A stretch of 64,000 nt of DNA from NCBI GenBank assembly GCA_001780165.1, contig MFFQ01000066.1, forward strand, positions 39,082 through 103,081, read 5' to 3'. The stretch comes from Candidatus Eisenbacteria bacterium RBG_16_71_46 (GTDB taxonomy: Bacteria; Eisenbacteria; RBG-16-71-46). Position 1 is the first letter of the stretch, and every line of letters starts with the position of its first letter. Under the pieces are notes generated by a model. That model had not been told where the DNA came from. It was given only the letters and a program-made list of their open reading frames with translations, and made no database searches. Positions 1 through 9,209 of this stretch are shown here, in pieces. Made by a program: the position numbers and the translations under genes.

Positions 1-748
1 CGTGGTCGCCGTGTTCGGCTCGGTCAAGCTCGGCCCGCGGGCCTCCGTGCGGGGCGACGCCGTCGCGGTCGGCGGCCTGCTGCAGCAAGCCGACAGCGCG
101 AAGGTCGGCGGGCAGACCGTCTCGGTGGGGTTCCTGCCCATCAGCTTCGGGCTGCCCGGCGTCTCCCTGATGCTCCTCATGCTGCTCTCGGGCCTGGTGC
201 TCACCCTGCTGCTGGGCTGGCTGCTGCAGCTCATCATGCCCGAGCGCATGCTGCGCGTCGCCGTCACCTGCTCGCGGCGCACCGGCGCATCGTTGGGGCT
301 CGGGCTGATCCTGCCCGCGCTCGTCACGTTCTCCGGCCTGCTGCTGATGGTCACCGTGATCGGGCTGCCGCTCGGCCTGCTGCTGCCCGTCCTCTACGGG
401 CTGGTGCTGTGGGGCGGCCACATCGCCGCGTCCTACGTGCTCGGCAGCAAGGTGCTGCGGCGACCGCTCGGGGAGGGCGGATTCATGCTCCCGTTGCTCG
501 TCGGTCAGCTCTTCGTGACGGCGTTCTTCGTGGCGGGAGTGCTGATCGGGGGCCCTCCCGGGCTCGTCCGGTCGCTGGCGCTGTTCTTCTCGCTACTCGG
601 CGTGCTGCTCTGCGTCGGACTGGCCACGATCGGCAGCGGGGCGTTCGTCATCTCGCGCTTCGGCGGCAGGCCCACGGACGTGGGCCTCAACCCGCCGCAG
701 CCGGCCCCGGTCGGACCACCGCCCGCGCCCGGCGCCGTGACGCCCTAG
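1..748 (+). CDS. Membrane protein, 5'-partial at window edge. N-terminal region is bactofilin-like (GSVKLGPRASVRGDAVAVGG), followed by several hydrophobic TM segments and a Pro-rich tail.
   Basis: ORF 2..748 runs in from the window edge. Strongly hydrophobic stretches of LLLGWLLQL/LPLGLLLPVLYGLVLWG type. No start visible. Confidence 0.4.
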   Translation, partial: VVAVFGSVKLGPRASVRGDAVAVGGLLQQADSAKVGGQTVSVGFLPISFGLPGVSLMLLMLLSGLVLTLLLGWLLQLIMPERMLRVAVTCSRRTGASLGLGLILPALVTFSGLLLMVTVIGLPLGLLLPVLYGLVLWGGHIAASYVLGSKVLRRPLGEGGFMLPLLVGQLFVTAFFVAGVLIGGPPGLVRSLALFFSLLGVLLCVGLATIGSGAFVISRFGGRPTDVGLNPPQPAPVGPPPAPGAVTP

Positions 749-1124
749 GGGGGGTGAGAGCGCCGATCCCGGCGTCTGCCGGCCGCGTCGCGCTGGCCCG
801 CGGGCCGGGCCCCCCGCGCGCCGCCGCGAAGGCCACACCCGTGCCGCGGGCGCCGCCGAGGCGCTGAACGCGCCCGGAGGCGGCGGCCGCGCGCCGTTAT
901 ACTCGGGCCATGACCCGACACCCGGCAGCCGCCCGCGCCTGGGTGCGTCCGCCCAGACCGGACGCGATCTTTGGGAGCTTTACCCCGGCCGCCGGCAAAT
1001 GCGTTCGATCGCGCTTCGGCGCCCGAGCGCGCGCGGTCACCCAGTCGGAAGCTGAACGCCCTGCGATTCAACGCGTTGCACCCCGCGCCCGGCGCCCGGC
1101 CGCGGCCTCGTCGCTGCACCGCGC

Positions 1125-2171
1125 ATGGCACGGATGTGGCGTTTGCGCATGGTGATGGGATCCCGCTCTCGCATCCGCCCGCTGCTGGCCGCGCTCCTCG
1201 CCACCGCGATCGTACTCGCCGGCGCCCCCGCCGGCGCGCGCGCGGACGAGCTCTCCGCCACCGGACGCGCCGGCGGCATCGTGCTCCACTCGGCCGCTGA
1301 GACCCTGCGCGACTACTGCCGGCGGGATGCCGCCAACCGGCTGTGGCTGGTGCTTCCCGGCGGGGCGCGCTTCGAGCTCGTGACCTCGACCGCGGACCCC
1401 GCGATCGCGAATCCCGGCGACGGGGCCTTCCATCCCTTCGACCCCGGCGAGGTGCGCGCGGCGCTCGCCGGCCTGCGCTATCCCCTCGACGGGCTGCGGG
1501 CGGACATCTATGTCCTGCCCTACCCGCGCCGGAACGGCCTGACGTCCGCGACCGGCCCGCGGCTGATCCTGCTCTCGCCCGGCGTTCGGCCGCTGATCCC
1601 CGGGCACCAGCACGCCGAGGTGGCGCACGAGATCGGCCACATCGTCCACTTCGAGCACCTGCCGGACGGCGACCGCACGGGCTGGAGCGCCTACCGGCGC
1701 TTGCGCGGCATCGAGGACGAGCAGGTCTATTCGGCGGCCAGCGCCCACGCCTTTCGCCCCCACGAGATCTTCGCCGAGGACTTCCGCGCGCTGTTCGGCG
1801 ACGCGCTCGCGAACTACTCCGGTTCGATCGAGAACTCGGCGCTCACGCCGCCGAGCCACGTCCCGGAGCTGGCTGCGTTCATGGTGAAGCTCTCGCAGCT
1901 CGCCGCGGGGCCGTCCGATCTCGCGGCCTTTCCCAATCCCAGTCGGGGCAGCCTCACCCTGGCGCGGGCGGGCGGTGCGACGACCCCGGTGGACCTCTTC
2001 GATCTCGCCGGCCGGCGCATCGCCACGCTCGAGCCGCAGGCGGGAGGCGGGAGCGTGAGCTGGAGCTGGGACCGCCGCGACCGCTTCGGCCGACCGGTCG
2101 GGCCGGGCGTGCTGCTCGCGCGGGCGCGCGACGGCGGCGGTCGGGTCGCGCGGATCACGCTGCTGCCCTGA
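1125..2171 (+). CDS. Secreted protein with an HExxH-like motif (HEIGHIVHFEH) and a C-terminal T9SS-type sorting / FlgD-Ig-like beta-sandwich domain.
   Basis: Signal peptide (LLAALLATAIVLAGAPAGARA). HEIGH motif. C-terminus FPNPSRGSLTL...VDLFDLAGRRIATLE...GPGVLLARARDGGGRVARITLLP resembles the Por_Secre_tail (TIGR04183) pattern. Start could also be the ATG at 1152. Confidence 0.5.
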   Translation: MARMWRLRMVMGSRSRIRPLLAALLATAIVLAGAPAGARADELSATGRAGGIVLHSAAETLRDYCRRDAANRLWLVLPGGARFELVTSTADPAIANPGDGAFHPFDPGEVRAALAGLRYPLDGLRADIYVLPYPRRNGLTSATGPRLILLSPGVRPLIPGHQHAEVAHEIGHIVHFEHLPDGDRTGWSAYRRLRGIEDEQVYSAASAHAFRPHEIFAEDFRALFGDALANYSGSIENSALTPPSHVPELAAFMVKLSQLAAGPSDLAAFPNPSRGSLTLARAGGATTPVDLFDLAGRRIATLEPQAGGGSVSWSWDRRDRFGRPVGPGVLLARARDGGGRVARITLLP

Positions 2172-2211
2172 CGCGGATCGCGTCGCCGGTCGCACCCCGC
2201 CCCCGCCGCGG

Positions 2212-2916
2212 TCAGGGCTGGCGGCCGCCCGGGAACAGGTCCTCGAGTCTGAAATCCGCCGTGCCGGCACGCGCGCGCTGGTCGCCGAAGCCGGCGAGAT
2301 TGCGCGCGGCGTCGAAGATGGCGTGGGGCAGTTGCGTGATGATGCCCAGACCCGAGCGACGCTTGCTCTCCACTTCGCCCGAGAGCCATCCCTCGGCCTC
2401 CTCGACGTCCTCCACGGTCAACGGCCGGAGCACCGCCGAGGCCACCACGTAGTAGCGCGAGGCCGGCTGCAGATCCCCCACCCGACCGACCGGGATCGCG
2501 AAGGCGCGTGACAGCGCGAGGCGCACCGAGTCGAGGGTGCCGTAGGTCACCGGCGGCGCGCCGGAGCGCTCCACGCGAAAGGTGTCCTTCCACACGTCGA
2601 AGCGGACGCGCACCGAGCCGTGGAAGGTGTTTTCGAGGCGGTCGAACCAGGCGGTTCGCCGGCGCCACAGCTCGGCATGGATCTCGAGCGTCGCCGGCAT
2701 GCCGCGCGACAGGCTCTCCGCGACCCGCGTGGAGAAGACGTCGTCGAGCGTGACGTCCACCCAGACGTAGCCGCCGCGCTCGGACGGGGGATCGAGCGAG
2801 ATCTCGATCGCCCGCGCGCTCCCGGCGGCGCCGAGCAGTGCGACGACCAGCAACGCGGCCACGCCCCAGCGCGGGGGCCGGATCCGGAGGCGAGGAGCGG
2901 GGAGCGGAAGGCGCAC
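2212..2916 (-). CDS. DUF4390-like periplasmic protein.
   Basis: C-terminal ~220 aa of ORF 2212..4047 gives a coherent protein (signal peptide LLVVALLGAAGSARA, then IEISLDP...). The upstream part of that ORF is the wrong-frame overlap with the OMP gene. Proposed GTG start at 2916, 14 nt after the OMP stop. Confidence 0.5.
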   Translation of the reverse strand: MRLPLPAPRLRIRPPRWGVAALLVVALLGAAGSARAIEISLDPPSERGGYVWVDVTLDDVFSTRVAESLSRGMPATLEIHAELWRRRTAWFDRLENTFHGSVRVRFDVWKDTFRVERSGAPPVTYGTLDSVRLALSRAFAIPVGRVGDLQPASRYYVVASAVLRPLTVEDVEEAEGWLSGEVESKRRSGLGIITQLPHAIFDAARNLAGFGDQRARAGTADFRLEDLFPGGRQP

Positions 2917-2930
2917 GCGGGTTCCGGGCC

Positions 2931-4346
2931 CTAGAAGGGGCGCTGCAGCCTCACGCTGACCAGGAAGTGCGCATCGGACTCCTGCAGGTCCCGCGCGAAG
3001 TAGACGCGCAGCCGGTTGTCGGAGAGCCCGATCCCCACGCCGCCATCCGCCGCCAGCCGCTGGCGGCCCAGGTCGTAGCGCCCGGCGCGATCGAACCAGG
3101 CACGTCCGGCGTCGATGAACGCGATCGCGCACAGTCCACCGTGCACCGCGCTGCCGCGTAACGGCCAGACGTCGAGCTGATACTCCGCCTGCGCCAGGAG
3201 CACCTGGTCGCCACGGAACTCGCCGAACGCGTGGGCGCGCAGGCCGTCCACCCCGCCGACCACGAACTGCTTCTGAAACGGCAGCGCGCCGTCGAAGGTG
3301 TGTCCGCCCAGCGCGCGCAGCGCGAGCGTCGTGGCCGGTGACAGGCGGACCACGCTGCGCACGTCGGCCAGGATCCGCGCGTAGGTGAAATCCCCGCCCA
3401 GGCGATCGCCGGCGCGCTCCAGCTCGATCCAGTGGTACACCCCGGCGCGGGTCCGGTCGCTGCGGTGGGCGGCACGTTCCAGCCGCAGGGCGGCGGCGTG
3501 GACCTCGCCCTCGTCGATCGCCGGGTTGTCCCGCAGCGCGCGGTCGCGCGCGAACCAGGAGCGCGTCCGGGAATTGAGCGGCAACGAGCGGTAGGTGTCG
3601 CGGCGCAGATACAGCCCGACGGTGGAGAAGTCGGGCACCCTCCAGGCGACGTAGGCGCCCATGCCTTCGCGCTCGAAGTAATCGCGATAGTCCTGACGCC
3701 CGAACAGCAGAGCGATGGAACTCTCGAGGTCGTCGACCTGCTGGAGCTCGCTGTGATCGGTGCCGCGCACCAGCGAGGCTCCGACCGCCAGCCGCCCGGA
3801 GCGGGCCAGCGGCTGCTCGATCTGGAGTCCGTAGAGCACGCGCTTGCGGTCGAACGCGAATTCGAGACGCGCGCCCACGCGCGGGACCATCGGCTGGGCG
3901 GGCTGGATCTGGTAGCCCAGGCCGAGCCGCAGGCGATCGACGCGGTTGTAGTCGAGGCGCGGCGAGGACGCCCCGAAACCCTGGGCGCTCGCCCGCCATT
4001 CCTCGGGATCGGTGAGCAGCGGGTCGCCGAAGCGGGCGCGCAGCCACTCGTCGCGGCCGGTTCCCTCGAAGTCCGATCCGGCGCCGGGATCGTCGCGGTC
4101 ATCTTCGCCCGGATGCGGCGCGAACTGGAGCGGGCCGCGCGCGGAGTCCGCCGCCACGGCGGCGGCCAGGACCGGCGCCGTCGCGGCGGCGGGGTGCGCG
4201 CCCGCGGCCGCCGCCACGAGCGCGAGGGCGAGGGCCAGCGCCCGGGTGACGCGCGGCGCCGGCGAGTGCGTGCGGGATCTCACGGTGCCTCCTCTCGCAG
4301 GGGATTGACGGGGTGCGCTCCCGGCGGGTCGCAAGCCGCGTACCAT
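2931..4346 (-). CDS. Outer-membrane beta-barrel protein (surface-antigen/BamA-like fold; C-terminal Phe).
   Basis: 471-aa ORF ending ...VSVRLQRPF, with an Ala-rich signal peptide and alternating amphipathic beta-strand pattern. Start may be internal to the annotated M. Confidence 0.55.
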   Translation of the reverse strand: MVRGLRPAGSAPRQSPARGGTVRSRTHSPAPRVTRALALALALVAAAAGAHPAAATAPVLAAAVAADSARGPLQFAPHPGEDDRDDPGAGSDFEGTGRDEWLRARFGDPLLTDPEEWRASAQGFGASSPRLDYNRVDRLRLGLGYQIQPAQPMVPRVGARLEFAFDRKRVLYGLQIEQPLARSGRLAVGASLVRGTDHSELQQVDDLESSIALLFGRQDYRDYFEREGMGAYVAWRVPDFSTVGLYLRRDTYRSLPLNSRTRSWFARDRALRDNPAIDEGEVHAAALRLERAAHRSDRTRAGVYHWIELERAGDRLGGDFTYARILADVRSVVRLSPATTLALRALGGHTFDGALPFQKQFVVGGVDGLRAHAFGEFRGDQVLLAQAEYQLDVWPLRGSAVHGGLCAIAFIDAGRAWFDRAGRYDLGRQRLAADGGVGIGLSDNRLRVYFARDLQESDAHFLVSVRLQRPF

Positions 4347-4485
4347 GCCTCAGACCTCCCCCGGCCGCCTTCCCGGTCGCGCGGCGTTGCGGGTCGCCGG
4401 CGACGGCGGGTGTGGCGCCCGCCCCACGGCGGCGGCCGCGCCGCTGCGGTCCTCCGGAGCGCGCCGACCTCGCGCGCGGGCGCGC

Positions 4486-5832
4486 TCAATGCCGTTCGAT
4501 GCCGTACTTGCGCATCTTGCGATGCAGGTTGGTGCGGTCGATGCCCAGGTTCGCCGCCGCCTGCGTGACGTTGTGCTTGGCCTGCTCGAGCGCGCGGCGA
4601 ATCGCCTCCGCCTCGCGCCGCTCGATCTCGCCGCGGAGCCCCGCGCCGCCGTCGCGCGCCGTCGCGCTCTCGAGCCAGGTGGCGAGATCCTCGGCCCGCA
4701 CCGCGTCGCCCTCGACCAGGATCGCGGCGCGTTCCATGAGGTTGCGCAGCTCGCGCACGTTTCCCGGCCAGGGGTAGTCCTCGAGCAGTACCAGCGCCTC
4801 GTCCGAGAGCTGCTTGGGCGGTTTGCCCTCGGCCGCGCAGAACTGCGCGAGGAAGTGCCTGGCCAGCAGCGCGACGTCGCCCCGGCGCTCGCGCAGCGCC
4901 GGCACCCGCAACGGCACGACGTTCAGCCGGTAGAACAGGTCCTCACGGAAGTCTCCGCCCTCGATCGCCGCCGCGAGGTCCTTGTTGGTGGCCGAGACGA
5001 TGCGCACGTCGAAGCTGAGCGTGCGCGTGGCCCCGACCCGCTCGAGCTCGCCGGACTCGATCGCCCGCAGCAGCTTGGCTTGCGCCTCGAGCGACAGGTC
5101 GCCGATCTCGTCGAGGAAGAGCGTGCCGCCGTCCGCCGCCTCGAGGCGTCCCTTCTTGCCCTGCACCGCTCCGGTGAAGGCCCCGCGCTCGTAGCCGAAC
5201 AACTCGCTCTCGACCAGGTCGCGGGGGATCGCCGCGCAGTTGATCTTGGCGAACGGCCCGAGGGCGCGCTTCGACAGGCGGTGGATCGCCGCCGCGACCA
5301 GCTCCTTGCCGGAGCCGTTCTCGCCGCTGATCAGCACCCGTCCCTGCGACGGGGCCACGCGTCGGATCTCGGCGATCAGCGCCTCGACCGCGGGGCTGCG
5401 GCCGACGATGCCGAGATCCGCGTCCCCCGGTTGCGGCACGCTGCGCCGCAGCCGGGTCACCCGCACCGCCTCGATCACGACCTCGAGCAGGTGCACGACG
5501 TCGCCGACCGGCTTCTCGATGAAATCGAACGCGCCCCGCTGGGCGGCCTTGAACGCGTTCTCCGTCGTCTTCTCGCCGGTGACGACGATCACCGCGGTGT
5601 CCGGCGCCATCTCGCGGATGCGGGTCAGCGCGTCCAGCCCGTGCATGCCGCGCATGTTGAGATCGAGCAGCACGGCGTCCGCCTGCTTCTCCGCCAGCAG
5701 CTCGACGGCGCGGTCGCCGCTCTCGGCCTCCGAGACCCGGTGGCCCTCGTCCTCCAGCACCCCGCGCAGCTGGCGCCGGATGGTCTCGTCGTCGTCGACC
5801 ACCAGGATCTCGAGCGCACCCGTCCGGTTCAC
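4486..5832 (-). CDS. Sigma54-dependent two-component response regulator (NtrC family): receiver, AAA+ sigma54-interaction domain and Fis-type HTH.
   Basis: ILVVDDDETIRRQL...DLNMRGMHGLD receiver. GENGSGKELVAAAIH Walker A. GAFTGA motif. ESELFGYERGAFTGA. C-terminal HTH NLGIDRTNLHRKMRKYGI. GTG start overlaps the kinase stop (GTGA). Confidence 0.9.
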   Translation of the reverse strand: MNRTGALEILVVDDDETIRRQLRGVLEDEGHRVSEAESGDRAVELLAEKQADAVLLDLNMRGMHGLDALTRIREMAPDTAVIVVTGEKTTENAFKAAQRGAFDFIEKPVGDVVHLLEVVIEAVRVTRLRRSVPQPGDADLGIVGRSPAVEALIAEIRRVAPSQGRVLISGENGSGKELVAAAIHRLSKRALGPFAKINCAAIPRDLVESELFGYERGAFTGAVQGKKGRLEAADGGTLFLDEIGDLSLEAQAKLLRAIESGELERVGATRTLSFDVRIVSATNKDLAAAIEGGDFREDLFYRLNVVPLRVPALRERRGDVALLARHFLAQFCAAEGKPPKQLSDEALVLLEDYPWPGNVRELRNLMERAAILVEGDAVRAEDLATWLESATARDGGAGLRGEIERREAEAIRRALEQAKHNVTQAAANLGIDRTNLHRKMRKYGIERH

Positions 5833-7361
5833 GTCGTCACCTCCCCGCCGTCCGCGGCCACGAGCGGCAGGAGAAGGCGCGCGAGCGCCCCATCGACGCG
5901 GTTTTCGATCGTCACGGTGCCCTCGTGTTGGATGGCGATGTCGCGCACCAGGGAAAGCCCCAGCCCGCTGCCGCGCTTCTTGGTGCTGACGTAGGGCTCG
6001 AAGACGCGCCCGACGAGATCGGGGGGCACGCCCGGCCCCTGGTCCAGCACTTCGAGCACGGCGTTGCCGCCTTCGGCGCTGGTCCGCACCTCGACCTGTC
6101 CGCCCCGCGGACTGGCCTCGCAGGCGTTCAGCACCAAGTTGTGGATCGCACGGGAAAGTAGCAGAGAATCGCCCCGCACGGGCAGCCGCGACCCGGCGCG
6201 CAGGGTGACCTCGATCCCTTCGTGCTCGTGCAGTTCCACCGCCGCGCGGGCCACGTCCGTCAGGTCGAGGGTCTCGAAGCGGGGGTCGGGCAGGCGCGCG
6301 TACTCGGAGAACTGCTGGGCCAGCCGCGCGAGCTGCTCGACGCCCCCGTCGAGCGCCCCGATGCCGCTGCGCACCACGTCGCGCTGGTCCTCCGCCACCG
6401 CATCGGTACGCCGCCGCAGCCGGTGCAGCGAGAGCGACATCGGGGTGAGGATGTTCTTGAACTCGTGCGCGAGGCGGCGCGCGACCTCGCGCCATGCCGC
6501 GTCGCGCTCCGCTTCGCGCAGCGCGTCGCGCGCGTCGGCCAGGCGTCCCGTCATGGCGTTGAATGCCGTGCCCAGGGTGCGCATCTCGCGCGCGCCGCGC
6601 GGGTTCACCCGCACGGCGAGGTCGCCGGCGGCCACCTGCTCGAGCGCGCCTGCAAGATCGCGCAGCGGCCGCGCGATCGCGCGTGCGAGCACGTGGGCGA
6701 CCGCGAGCGCCAGCGCCGCCACGCCGAGCACCAGCAGCGCGACCAGCAGCCAGATCGACCGTCGCTGGACGTCCACGACGACGCCCAGGCGGCGGTAGTA
6801 GCCGAGGGCGACGCCGATGCTGTCCAGCTGCGCGAAGTACCCGGGCGGAGCCCACATCGCGGCGGCCACGGCCTCGTCCTCGCCCAGCGGACTCACCCCC
6901 GCCAGCGCTCCCCGGTCGTCGTGAATGACGCGGGTGCTGTGCAGCACGCTCGCGATCTCCGCCGAGAAGTCGGGCGGCTCGGGGAGGAGGATCCCGGGTG
7001 CGACGACCTGCTGGGTCAACGTCCAGCCGCCCGTCTTGCGGCGATAGAACTGCACCACGTCCGTCCCGGACGCGCGCAGCAGGCCCTCGGCGAGCGTGCG
7101 CCGCTCCGCGTCGCGCGCGGGGCCTCCCGTGCGCCCCACGCGGCTCGCGAGCTCGTCCGCCAGCGCCAGGACCGTGCTCTCCATGCGGATCAAGCCGTGC
7201 TTCGAGACCTCGACGGCCTCCTCCAGGGCGCGGTGGACGCCGGGGCGGAACCAGCGCTCCGCGGATCGCCCGAGCTGGTCGAGCGTGAAGAGGGTGAAGA
7301 CGAGGGTCGGGAGCAGCGCGAGGGCCAGCAGCGACAGCAGGAGTCGCGCGCGCAGGCTCAC
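5829..7361 (-). CDS. Sensor histidine kinase (TM, HAMP, HisKA, HATPase_c), NtrY-like.
   Basis: N-terminal TM segments. H-box HEFKNILTPMSLSL. C-terminal ATPase G-boxes (DQGPGVPPDLVGRVFEPYVSTKKRGSGLGLSLV). Translationally coupled to the downstream response regulator. Confidence 0.85.
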   Translation of the reverse strand: MSLRARLLLSLLALALLPTLVFTLFTLDQLGRSAERWFRPGVHRALEEAVEVSKHGLIRMESTVLALADELASRVGRTGGPARDAERRTLAEGLLRASGTDVVQFYRRKTGGWTLTQQVVAPGILLPEPPDFSAEIASVLHSTRVIHDDRGALAGVSPLGEDEAVAAAMWAPPGYFAQLDSIGVALGYYRRLGVVVDVQRRSIWLLVALLVLGVAALALAVAHVLARAIARPLRDLAGALEQVAAGDLAVRVNPRGAREMRTLGTAFNAMTGRLADARDALREAERDAAWREVARRLAHEFKNILTPMSLSLHRLRRRTDAVAEDQRDVVRSGIGALDGGVEQLARLAQQFSEYARLPDPRFETLDLTDVARAAVELHEHEGIEVTLRAGSRLPVRGDSLLLSRAIHNLVLNACEASPRGGQVEVRTSAEGGNAVLEVLDQGPGVPPDLVGRVFEPYVSTKKRGSGLGLSLVRDIAIQHEGTVTIENRVDGALARLLLPLVAADGGEVTT

Positions 7362-7386
7362 GGTGACGCCGAAACCCGGGTGGTGC

Positions 7387-8460
7387 TCATGCCCCCGCGC
7401 TCAGGCCCCCGAGCTGGCCACAGGCGGCCCAGATCTCGCCTCCGAGCGTCTGCCGCACCATGACCGCCGGGGCGCGCGGGTAGAGGCTCAACGCGAACGC
7501 CTCGACCGCCTCGGGGCTCGGGCGGAGGTAGGGGAGGCCGGGGACCGGGTTATACGGGATGAGGTTGACCTTGCTCGGCAGGTCGCGGGCGATCGCCCCC
7601 AGACGCTCGGCGTCCTCGGGGCGGTCGTTGACGCCCGCGAGCAGCGTGTACTCGAGCGTGACGCGCCGTCCGCTGCGGCGGCCGTAGTCGCGCGCCGCGG
7701 CCAGCACCACGTCCAGCGGCCAGCGGCGGTTGACCGGCACCAGCTCGTCGCGCAACGCGTCGGTGGTGGCGTGCAGCGACAGCGCGAGCCCGACCGCGAG
7801 GTCTTCCTCCGCCAGCTGTCGGATTTGGGGTGCCAGGCCGCTGGTGGAGACCGTGAGGCGGCGCGCCCCGAGGTTGAGACCCCGCGCGTCGTGCAGGATG
7901 CGGATGGCGTCCACCACCGCGCGGTAGTTCGCGAGCGGCTCGCCCATGCCCATGAAGACCAGGTTGAAGCGCTCGTCGGACCAGGCGGTGTGGTCGCCCA
8001 TGATCACGACCTGGGCCACGATCTCCTCCGGGCGCAGGTTGCGGCGCAACCCCATCAGGCCCGTGGCGCAGAACGAGCACTTGAGCGCGCATCCCACCTG
8101 GCTCGAGATGCAGAAGGTCAGGCGCCGCGGCGTGCGCATGGCCACGCACTCGACGCGCGCGCCGTCCGAGAGCTCGAGCACGAATTTGTGGGTCCGGCCG
8201 TCGGGGCTGGCGTGGAGGCTGGCGACCGGCGGCAGCGCGAGGTCGCAGTAGCGCGACAGATCACGGCGCAGGGCCCCGGGCAGGTCGGTCATCCCGTCGG
8301 CGCCGCGCTGGCGCTTGCGGTAGACCCACGAGAACAGCTGGCCGGCGCGATAGGCGGGCTCGCCGCGTTCGAGGAAGCGCTCGGCGAGCGCGGCGCGACC
8401 GAGTCCGAAAAAGCTCGGCGCCGCGGGATCGCCGCTGGCGTGGGCGGATAGGCTGGACAT
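7387..8460 (-). CDS. rlmN: 23S rRNA (adenine2503-C2)-methyltransferase RlmN (radical SAM).
   Basis: CISSQVGCALKCSFCATG radical-SAM cysteine motif. Typical RlmN length and conserved blocks (GMGEPLAN, TVSTSG, NLIPYNP). Confidence 0.9.
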   Translation of the reverse strand: MSSLSAHASGDPAAPSFFGLGRAALAERFLERGEPAYRAGQLFSWVYRKRQRGADGMTDLPGALRRDLSRYCDLALPPVASLHASPDGRTHKFVLELSDGARVECVAMRTPRRLTFCISSQVGCALKCSFCATGLMGLRRNLRPEEIVAQVVIMGDHTAWSDERFNLVFMGMGEPLANYRAVVDAIRILHDARGLNLGARRLTVSTSGLAPQIRQLAEEDLAVGLALSLHATTDALRDELVPVNRRWPLDVVLAAARDYGRRSGRRVTLEYTLLAGVNDRPEDAERLGAIARDLPSKVNLIPYNPVPGLPYLRPSPEAVEAFALSLYPRAPAVMVRQTLGGEIWAACGQLGGLSAGA

Positions 8461-8532
8461 GGGATGGTTCCGGGACGGGAAGACGCGCGAAGCACGCTAT
8501 CAGAGCCCGGGAGTTGCGGTCAACGCCCGCGA

Positions 8533-9195
8533 ATGATATGCATGGTCATGCACATGCGCGCCACGGACCGCACCCGCCACCTGCTCGCCTGTCTCGGGGA
8601 TGCCTCGCGCTTCCGCATCGTCGTGCGGCTTGCCGCCGGTCCGCGCTGCGTCACCGAGATCGCCGCGCAGGTCGGCCTGTCGCAGTCGTGCACCACGCGT
8701 CACCTCCAGGCGCTGCGCCGCGAGGGACTGGCGCGGAGCGCGCGCCTGGGCAAGCGGGTGGTCTACCGCCTGCGAGACGACGACCCCGAGGCGCGCCAGC
8801 TGCTCGCGTGGGCGATGAGCGAGCGCGGACGCGCGGCGCGCCGCCCCGCGAGGACCCCCGAGCGCCGGGCCGCGTCCGCCGGCCCGCGACCCGCGGGAGA
8901 CCGGCGCCCTCCCCGGTCGCGGGCGGTGGAGGCCCCGGGCCGCAGGGACCGCGGTGGGCCCCCCGCGATCGCTCCCCGGAGGTCCGCCTCCGAGGGCGGG
9001 CGCACCCCTAAGGCCTCCGAGGCGAGCCGCCCGGGGGGCCCCGGCGCTGCCCCCGTGGGGGACGCATCCCCGGGCGCGCGGGCCCCGCATGATCCGCCGG
9101 GGCCGCCCGCCGCGCCGGAGCCTGCCCCCGACGTCGCGGATCCGGCCTCGGCCCCGGCGCGGCAGTTCACCGAGCTCGAGGACTACCTCCTGTGA
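8533..9195 (+). CDS. ArsR/SmtB-family HTH transcriptional regulator with a long Pro/Ala/Arg-rich disordered C-terminal tail.
   Basis: RFRIVVRLAAGPRCVTEIAAQVGLSQSCTTRHLQALRREGL matches the ArsR winged helix. Start codon uncertain (cluster of ATGs at 8533-8554). Confidence 0.55.
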   Translation: MICMVMHMRATDRTRHLLACLGDASRFRIVVRLAAGPRCVTEIAAQVGLSQSCTTRHLQALRREGLARSARLGKRVVYRLRDDDPEARQLLAWAMSERGRAARRPARTPERRAASAGPRPAGDRRPPRSRAVEAPGRRDRGGPPAIAPRRSASEGGRTPKASEASRPGGPGAAPVGDASPGARAPHDPPGPPAAPEPAPDVADPASAPARQFTELEDYLL

Positions 9196-9209
9196 GGCCC
9201 GCGAATCAT

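Noticed and set aside
1068-2270. Long Arg/Ala/Pro-rich ORFs on the strand opposite to real genes (e.g. 1068..2270-, 10768..13920-, 36493..40071-, 40994..43573-)
   Set aside because: They are typical antisense and shifted-frame open reading frames of ~70% GC DNA. They are Arg/Pro/Gly-dominated with no motifs, and they overlap well-supported genes on the other strand.
2917-4047. N-terminal 390-aa extension of ORF 2212..4047 and similar extensions (4486..6855; 14550..16055; 15644..17461; 20990..22654)
   Set aside because: The extensions are wrong-frame read-through across the upstream gene. Real starts were placed at the first start codon that gives a signal peptide or domain start and avoids overlap.
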